Shown piece after piece: positions 57,417 to 64,000 of a DNA stretch of 64,000 nucleotides (position 1 is the first letter of the stretch; every line of letters starts with the position of its first letter). Below the pieces are notes generated by a model. It was not told the origin of the DNA. It made no database searches and worked only from the letters and a program-made list of their open reading frames with translations. The stretch comes from a virus, in the IMG/VR virus record IMGVR_UViG_3300045988_175595, positions 101,597-165,596 of that record; one strand, written 5' to 3'. The position numbers and the translations under genes were made by a program.

Positions 57417-57455
57417 GTGGGTTTATATCAAAAATTAAAAAATTTATACTTAATC

Positions 57456-57490
57456 CGTAATCAAGATACCCGTAGGGTTTTTGTGTGAAG
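57456..57490. promoter_or_regulatory. Copy of the promoter-like motif
   Basis: Plus-strand sequence ccgtaatcaagatacccgtagggtttttgtgtg. The minus strand gives TTGATT-N17-TTTTTA. Confidence 0.4.
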
Positions 57491-57604
57491 GTTTCAAATA
57501 TCCTTCAGTTTTTTCAAAAAGTCTAGGGTAACTTTTTGTTTGTTTCCGAAGGATATTTTTCTCTTGTCCCCGAAGGGGGCTGAACATACTTCTCTAGCTC
57601 CATC

Positions 57605-58798
57605 TCACTCTACTATATATGTGTGTCCATCCTCTCTATTAAATATTTTATCTTCTTTATCTATAACAATAACCATGAAATTATTATCTACTTGATCCAT
57701 AAAGAAGTTTCTAAAATATCGTTTAGTACTATCTATTCCACATTCTCCATAAGTCTTTTTACCTGCTGGATGTGGTTGATTACTTATATCTATACATTTC
57801 AATGTCTCTCCTTTCTCATTTTCTAATTTTATCTTTCCTATCTCAAATGTTACATATATATGATTTTCTTTTCTTAATTTATATTTATTATTTGAAGATA
57901 TAGTACATTCTTTATTCTTATCTTCAGTTCTTATTTCTTGCACTGGTTTATTATTTTCTTTTTCTTCTTTCTTTTCTTTAAATGATATTATCTTAGCTAC
58001 TGCTACCTCTTTGCTACTATTAGTTATTAAAGAATGTACTCTTTCCCAAGCTTCTTTAACACAAAAGCTTAATCTATCTCTATAAGCTGTTTTCTTAAAT
58101 AATTCATCTTCTGCTTCATATTTTCTTCTTAATTTATGAGCTAATTTAAATACATAACTTCTTATCTTATTATTATTTAATTTTATATCTTGTTTTTTAG
58201 TTTCATCTTTTGCTACTGCTATTTCATCTTCAGCATTATCTACTATTTTTGTTTCTTTAGGTGGAGTAATATCATTATTAAATTTATCACTCATATCACT
58301 TTCATTTGGATTTACTAATTTAACATTAGCTTCTTCTACTAATTTTAAAGTAGATTGGTGTTTAATACTATTTTTACTTAAACGTTTTCCATTAAGCATG
58401 AATGTAAATACAACAGCATAGTTATTCATAATATATTTAACACATTTAAATTTTCTTATAATTTTTTCATCTGTATTTAGCATATGAGTATATATTTTTT
58501 GCGCCGCTATTTTTAGTTCTTTATTGTATACTTCCATATAAGGTAAAGCTTTGCCATTAAAATAAAAGTCTATTATTTCATTTCCATTGTTTAATTTTAA
58601 TAATATAGTTTTACCATTTGTATACATAGTCCAGTTTTCATAACTTGAAAGATGAACTGAACCTCCATCTAAATATCCTTTTTCTTCATTAAAGAATCTT
58701 AATATATTTAATACTTGTTCTTCTCCTATTAATTCTCTTGCTTCTTTTAATATAACTCCTATTGGTAATTGTTTGTTCATAATAAATCTTCCTTTCAT
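57605..58798 (-). CDS. Hypothetical protein
   Basis: 397-aa ORF. Confidence 0.4.
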   Translation of the reverse strand: MKGRFIMNKQLPIGVILKEARELIGEEQVLNILRFFNEEKGYLDGGSVHLSSYENWTMYTNGKTILLKLNNGNEIIDFYFNGKALPYMEVYNKELKIAAQKIYTHMLNTDEKIIRKFKCVKYIMNNYAVVFTFMLNGKRLSKNSIKHQSTLKLVEEANVKLVNPNESDMSDKFNNDITPPKETKIVDNAEDEIAVAKDETKKQDIKLNNNKIRSYVFKLAHKLRRKYEAEDELFKKTAYRDRLSFCVKEAWERVHSLITNSSKEVAVAKIISFKEKKEEKENNKPVQEIRTEDKNKECTISSNNKYKLRKENHIYVTFEIGKIKLENEKGETLKCIDISNQPHPAGKKTYGECGIDSTKRYFRNFFMDQVDNNFMVIVIDKEDKIFNREDGHTYIVE

Positions 58799-58865
58799 AT
58801 TTAAAAATTAAAATAATAAAAAAGAGAGAGTACGAAACTCTCTCTTATATAAATCATAAATAGAA

Positions 58866-61800
58866 TTATTTAGGCATTACTATTCCATCCATTAATATTC
58901 TATTTAATTCATCTTGTTTACTTTCTTCTTTAGTTTCTTCTACTTTTAAAGTATTTTGAGGCATAGCAATACCATCTAATAAAATATTACTATTTGGTGT
59001 TTCTTGATCTTTATCTATAGCAACTTCTCTTTCTACAGATGTAGGCATAACAATACCATCCATTAATATATTATTAATATTATTATTGTTAACTGGAGTA
59101 GAAGATAGAGAAATATTATTTGTAGGCATATTTATTCCATCCATTAATATACTATTTATCTTTTCTTTGTTTTCTTTAATAACTGATGCTTGTTCTGCTG
59201 CTATATCATATAGTCCATCAGCGTTAAGATACATACAAGTTGATTTTTCAGAAACAAAGAAATTAATTGTTGCTGTTTTAAAATCTATACTATCTAAAAC
59301 GTTTGCAACATAGCTATTAATAGCTAGATTACACACTTTAAATTCTGCACCTGTAGAAGTTACTGCCATTATTACATTGTAATCAGATTTACCAGTGTAA
59401 ATATTTTGATCTGCTTTAATATATTTATATTCTACTATTGTAGCATTTCTTAATTCTTGAGAAACACCTTGTTTAGTTATTGGAAGATAAACTCCTTTAT
59501 TATAATTAGAAGTTGAAACTTTTCTTTCAGTTTCTACAAAGTATTTACCATTGCCATCTGTAATAACAACACCATCATCAAAAGTAGCTTTCTTATTATC
59601 AAAAGTAATAAATTCATTATCTTCAGTTATTCCATGTCCTTTATTAGCTGATACATGTTTACCTAATAAATCAGGAAGATAAACAACTTTCTTATTATCA
59701 TCTATAGCACAAATGATTCTTTCAGCGGCAACTATATTTAATCCTTCTGATTTTAAGAATGCAACTAATTCTTTTTCAAATATAGTTATTAAATTAGTAT
59801 TAACTGTAGCACAAGATTCAATATCTTTTTCATAGCTATCAATACTATAGCATACAATAGCTCTTCCTATTTCTTCTGGAGTTAATACAGTTTCAGCTGA
59901 TAATAATGATAATTCAGCATAGTTTCTACAAACTTCTAAGATAGTTGTTTTTAAATATTTCTTAGTTGTTATCTCTTGTTCTTCATCTTTATCTTTTATA
60001 TTGATACAAGTTAATTCTTTAAGAGTTTCGTTTATATTTATATTCATTCTCATAATAGTTCTTAATAACTTATCAATATTAAATTTAGAAGTTTTATCTT
60101 TATCTCCTACGTTTATGTCATCTTCTTGAGTTTTTATCTTTTGTCTTAATTCATTTGATTCTGCACTTTTTATTTGAATTTCTAATTCTTTTGCTACCAT
60201 AACAATAGCTAAGTTCGCATAATCAACTAATTCATTTCTTATTGCTCCTAATGGATCAACAATACAAGGAATCTTTTCTTGATTATATTCAAACATAAAT
60301 TCTTCTTCTGTCATTTCATCAGTTACTAAGAATTCTCCAGTTGCAGAAGCAGCTAATTTATTTTTTAATAATGGTAAATTAAAGAAATTAGTTTTAGTGT
60401 ATTCTCCTTCTATTATTTCATTTAGTATTTCTACATTTTCTTCAAATAACATATCATTTGTTTCTTTCTCTTCATAAATATCTAATGGAGCTGTTAACAT
60501 GTTCTTATATGAACCACAAGCTCTGATTACATCTTTTAAGTTAAACATATCAACAACCTTGTACATGTTTTTAGCTGCATCAATAGAAGTTTCTCCTGGA
60601 TATCTATTACAATATAAAGTATCTTCTAAGAAAGCTATAGTTTCTTGTAATGTTCCATTTCCTTCTTTGTATCTTAACATAACTTCTTCACACATTCTCT
60701 TACTTAAAGTAACTTGAGTTCTAGTTTGTCCATTTCTTAATCTATAAGTTTTATATGATTTATCTGTTTTTACTGGAGAGATATAATCTTTAGTGTGTTC
60801 AACTCCAAAGAACATAGATATTGTTTTAACTATTTTATCTTTAACATTATCTGAAACATTTGGAGATATTAATGCTAAATATAATAATGCATTATTATAG
60901 AATCCAGTAGATATAAAACCTATAGGAGCAACTGGATTTAAGAAGTAATCTAATATTAATCTACCAGTATTTTCAAATGTTATACTATAGTTTCCATCAA
61001 AATCTTTAACACAAGAACTTTGACTGTTTTGAGCATCAACTTTCATATTATTTTTACCTATATTAGATTTCTTACTAATACCAAAAGCGGCTTTCTTCTT
61101 ATTAACAGCTGACTCTTCTTTCTTTATTACAGATTTATTACATCTACCAAATGAAGTTGCAAAACCAGATAAGAATTTAGCAATACTTAAAGAGTTTAAT
61201 GATTCATAGTGACTAATATCTCCTTCATCTGGATCGTTTTCATCTAATGATCTATCAACAATAGTACCAAAATCAGTAATTTGAGATAATATATCAACTA
61301 CTTGTTTATCTTTAAATATTTGCATAGAGTCTATATCAAAGTCAGCTCCATCATGTTTTTCCATGAAATAGTGACAAGCTGGAATTAATATAAATCCATC
61401 CATATCTAATACATAATCAGTTAAGAACTTCTTAGCATTATTAGTTAAATTCATCCTTTGTATTCTATCTAATAATTCTTCTGTACCTACAACTTTAAAA
61501 GTAGTAACAGCTTTATGACCACTGATTGGATGTCTTGCTGCTGATACTTTTTCTATTTCTCCTGCAACTAATGAATGAGAATAACATTCACCATCATCTA
61601 ATAATCTAGTACCAAATATAGGAGCTGGATCTGCTTGAATAACAGTATAGTCTGCATCAACATCTACTCTTAACATATTTAATAAGTTACCAGTAGAAGT
61701 AACTATATTATTAAGAATTGATTTAACAACTCCAGGGAAATAAGCTAATATTTCTTTTGGTGATAATTTATATAACCAAGTTGCAGTTTGTTGATCATTA

Positions 61801-63875
61801 TTGTATCTAATAAATTTACTAGTATCAACATCTACTGATTCTATATTTGAACCATCGTCTGATAATTTAATATAGATACCTAATTCTTCGAATTTAGCCA
61901 TTATTGTTTTCTTAGCTCTTTCTAATAATAATTCTGTAGCTTGTTCTTCGTTTTGAATTAACATCATAAAGTTAATAACCATATTTAATCCTGTATTTGC
62001 TTCATGTGCTTTCTTTAAGCATACTAAATCAAATTCATTATCATGTTCTACTAACTTCATACAGTTTTCATCAAATACACCATCTAATTTACTCATAGCA
62101 TCATCAAGTTCTTCTTTAGATAATTCATTAATATCTAAATCTTCACCGTCTATTACTAATTTAGCTACAGATGCATTATTTTCTAATAAAGCTAAAGCTA
62201 ATGTTTCTAAGTTCTTTCTCTTTTGTATTTGAGATGAGTTCTTATTTCCGCCTCCTCTTGCTTGTAAACAAATACCTAATAATTCTTTATTAGATACTGA
62301 TAAGTTACATTGTTGTAAATATTCTAATACCATTTCAACAGATATGAAACAAGTACCATCTTTTGTATTGCTACAATCAATAACATTTGCATTTTCATTT
62401 TGAGTATAAGGAGTAAAGTAATCGTTTTTATTGTATCCAGCTTTATGAGCTATATTATTAAATACAATATAGTTTCTTACTCTACCTATCTTTTTAGATG
62501 GAGTAGAAACCATCATAACTCTTGTCATAGCTTTGAATAATTTAACTAATGAATTATATTTAGCAAATTCAACAGTTCCATCTTCATTCTTTTTAGTTAC
62601 AAATGACATAGAAAATGCATTGTTTGAAGCTTTGTCTAATAATTCAATTCTTCTATCAACATTTGTTAATTCTGTATCTCCATGTTTAAAAGTATTAACA
62701 GCTGCTAATGAAATAGAACCTGTTCTTAATCCAGATGGAGTTACTCCTAATAATTGGTATTCAATTGCATATTCACCTTCTCTTACATAATTCTTTATTT
62801 CTGATCTTGTACAGAATACTGATCTAGATAATCCAGATTTCATTCTTATAATGAATATTCTAGTATCTTTTTGATGACAACCAATCATTATCTTGAATAA
62901 GTTTATTAATTTCTTCTTATTGTTTCTTAATTGTGTTCCCATAGATATACTACAAATTTCTTCTGTATATTTACCTTCAAGAGTCATAGCTTTATCAGCC
63001 ATTACACCTTCTTTTGTTTCACAAGCTCTTAATAATTCTGATTCTTGAAGAGGTTCAACCATTACTGCAACTCTTAATTCTTCTGTATTATAATCAGTCT
63101 TATAAGCTTCTAATTCTATTCTGTTCTTTAATACAACTTCCATTTCTTTAGTGAACATTTCAAAAGCTTTTTGTTTTATATAACTCTTAGTCTTTGAAAC
63201 AGTCATGAAATCAGCTATTAATTTTGCTTTAGCTTGTGAGTTTGGTAAATATTGAATTAAGAAGTTAAATTCTTTTATATCTAAGTCTGCTACTTTCTTA
63301 TTAGCTAATACTTGAGCTTTTAATGAATTAACAGCAAACTTTCTGATGTTTTTATTTCTCTTAGCTACTTCTTCTGCTGCAAAATGTTTCTTATCAAAAG
63401 CATCTTTAACTACTTTACTCATTGGAGCATATAAATCATAGTTTATTTCTTCATATACTGATTCCATGATTTCATCTTTAATTGTTTCTTTAGTTTCTTT
63501 TATCTCTTCTACTTTTACTCCTTTGTTGTAAGCTGCTACAGCTTTCTTAATATTTTTTACTACTATTTCTGCTTCTGTTATTGTATCTTTATTTTCATCT
63601 AAGATAGTTGGTATTATAACTTCATCTCTTATTACTTTTGTGATGTGTTTTGATCCTTCAGCTAATTCATTTACTCTTCTTACTACTACTTCCATATTTA
63701 ATCCCCCGTTTATTACTGTATTATTCATTTTTACTCCACCTTCCATTACTTCATTGTTTACTACTGTGTTATTGTTATTATTCATTGTATTTTCCCCCTT
63801 TAAAGTTGTGTTTACCATTTCATTGTTTTTTGTGTTCATCATTTTCTTTTCCTCCAATTTTTCATATATATACAA
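58866..63875 (-). CDS. Giant (1669 aa) protein with a beta-prime-like catalytic loop; candidate single-subunit multisubunit-type RNA polymerase (YonO-like or crAss-like two-barrel RNAP), with C-terminal tandem ILMDGIxMP repeats
   Basis: The motif HDGADFDIDSMQ (protein residues about 840-850, DNA about 61330-61365) resembles the universally conserved beta-prime NADFDGDQM Mg-binding loop and the DxDxD triad of crAss-like and YonO RNAPs. There are four C-terminal repeats of (N/R)IL(M/L)DGI(N/V/A)MP(T/Q/K). Confidence 0.45.
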   Translation of the reverse strand: MYIYEKLEEKKMMNTKNNEMVNTTLKGENTMNNNNNTVVNNEVMEGGVKMNNTVINGGLNMEVVVRRVNELAEGSKHITKVIRDEVIIPTILDENKDTITEAEIVVKNIKKAVAAYNKGVKVEEIKETKETIKDEIMESVYEEINYDLYAPMSKVVKDAFDKKHFAAEEVAKRNKNIRKFAVNSLKAQVLANKKVADLDIKEFNFLIQYLPNSQAKAKLIADFMTVSKTKSYIKQKAFEMFTKEMEVVLKNRIELEAYKTDYNTEELRVAVMVEPLQESELLRACETKEGVMADKAMTLEGKYTEEICSISMGTQLRNNKKKLINLFKIMIGCHQKDTRIFIIRMKSGLSRSVFCTRSEIKNYVREGEYAIEYQLLGVTPSGLRTGSISLAAVNTFKHGDTELTNVDRRIELLDKASNNAFSMSFVTKKNEDGTVEFAKYNSLVKLFKAMTRVMMVSTPSKKIGRVRNYIVFNNIAHKAGYNKNDYFTPYTQNENANVIDCSNTKDGTCFISVEMVLEYLQQCNLSVSNKELLGICLQARGGGNKNSSQIQKRKNLETLALALLENNASVAKLVIDGEDLDINELSKEELDDAMSKLDGVFDENCMKLVEHDNEFDLVCLKKAHEANTGLNMVINFMMLIQNEEQATELLLERAKKTIMAKFEELGIYIKLSDDGSNIESVDVDTSKFIRYNNDQQTATWLYKLSPKEILAYFPGVVKSILNNIVTSTGNLLNMLRVDVDADYTVIQADPAPIFGTRLLDDGECYSHSLVAGEIEKVSAARHPISGHKAVTTFKVVGTEELLDRIQRMNLTNNAKKFLTDYVLDMDGFILIPACHYFMEKHDGADFDIDSMQIFKDKQVVDILSQITDFGTIVDRSLDENDPDEGDISHYESLNSLSIAKFLSGFATSFGRCNKSVIKKEESAVNKKKAAFGISKKSNIGKNNMKVDAQNSQSSCVKDFDGNYSITFENTGRLILDYFLNPVAPIGFISTGFYNNALLYLALISPNVSDNVKDKIVKTISMFFGVEHTKDYISPVKTDKSYKTYRLRNGQTRTQVTLSKRMCEEVMLRYKEGNGTLQETIAFLEDTLYCNRYPGETSIDAAKNMYKVVDMFNLKDVIRACGSYKNMLTAPLDIYEEKETNDMLFEENVEILNEIIEGEYTKTNFFNLPLLKNKLAASATGEFLVTDEMTEEEFMFEYNQEKIPCIVDPLGAIRNELVDYANLAIVMVAKELEIQIKSAESNELRQKIKTQEDDINVGDKDKTSKFNIDKLLRTIMRMNININETLKELTCINIKDKDEEQEITTKKYLKTTILEVCRNYAELSLLSAETVLTPEEIGRAIVCYSIDSYEKDIESCATVNTNLITIFEKELVAFLKSEGLNIVAAERIICAIDDNKKVVYLPDLLGKHVSANKGHGITEDNEFITFDNKKATFDDGVVITDGNGKYFVETERKVSTSNYNKGVYLPITKQGVSQELRNATIVEYKYIKADQNIYTGKSDYNVIMAVTSTGAEFKVCNLAINSYVANVLDSIDFKTATINFFVSEKSTCMYLNADGLYDIAAEQASVIKENKEKINSILMDGINMPTNNISLSSTPVNNNNINNILMDGIVMPTSVEREVAIDKDQETPNSNILLDGIAMPQNTLKVEETKEESKQDELNRILMDGIVMPK

Positions 63876-64000
63876 TTTTTAGTTTTTAAAGAACTATAAC
63901 TTTTTTTAGTTTATTATTCTTTAAGTCATAACAATCATCTCCTTAATATATTTGTGTATTTGTTAATACACATTTAAGGAGACAAATGATTGTCCCCTTA

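Overview
The window is AT-rich (roughly 27-30% GC), and nearly every gene is on the minus strand. It looks like part of a large virulent phage, or a phage-like element, of a low-GC Gram-positive host. The host is probably a Clostridium relative, because the endolysin is an Amidase_3 domain fused to clostridial/choline-type cell-wall-binding repeats. I could support these features from the sequence:
- A dense minus-strand tRNA island at 620-7165 holds about 22 tRNA or tRNA-like genes. Several have an encoded CCA, and several are structurally irregular. About 15 copies of a 20-bp motif, TTGCTGT-N5-GTCTATA, sit in the spacers.
- Next to the island is a Ro60-like TROVE+vWA protein (1536-3092) and an RtcB RNA ligase (7261-8382). 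Between them, at about 960-1090, lies a circularly permuted tRNA-like module enclosed by a long-range stem. It runs T-arm, then a closed acceptor hairpin, then D-arm. That is the known architecture of bacterial YrlA-type Y RNAs that partner Rsr/Ro60. Together these look like a phage-borne Rsr / Y-RNA / RtcB RNA-repair module.
- An IS607-family insertion carries a serine recombinase TnpA and a TnpB, with a GC-richer right-end region that could encode an omega RNA.
- A NAD+ salvage/reconstitution island encodes PncA, a PRPP-synthetase-like protein, a NAMPT-like protein, NadE, NMNAT and a Nudix hydrolase.
- Other coding regions include nucleotide-metabolism genes (dCMP deaminase, guanylate-kinase-like), PTH2, RNase H, a bactofilin, a flotillin, LemA and PspA-like proteins, a sporulation-type YyaC-like protein, two AAA+ ATPases, a radical-SAM enzyme and several paralog pairs.
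- A giant 1669-aa protein (58866-63875) carries an ADFDIDSM motif that closely resembles the beta-prime NADFDGDQM catalytic loop. It is a candidate single-chain RNA polymerase of the YonO or crAss-like type, and it ends in tandem ILMDGIxMP repeats.
- Noncoding regions include two promoter-like motif families, iteron-like tandem repeats, and GC-richer structured islands at 20830-21330 and 52380-53980.
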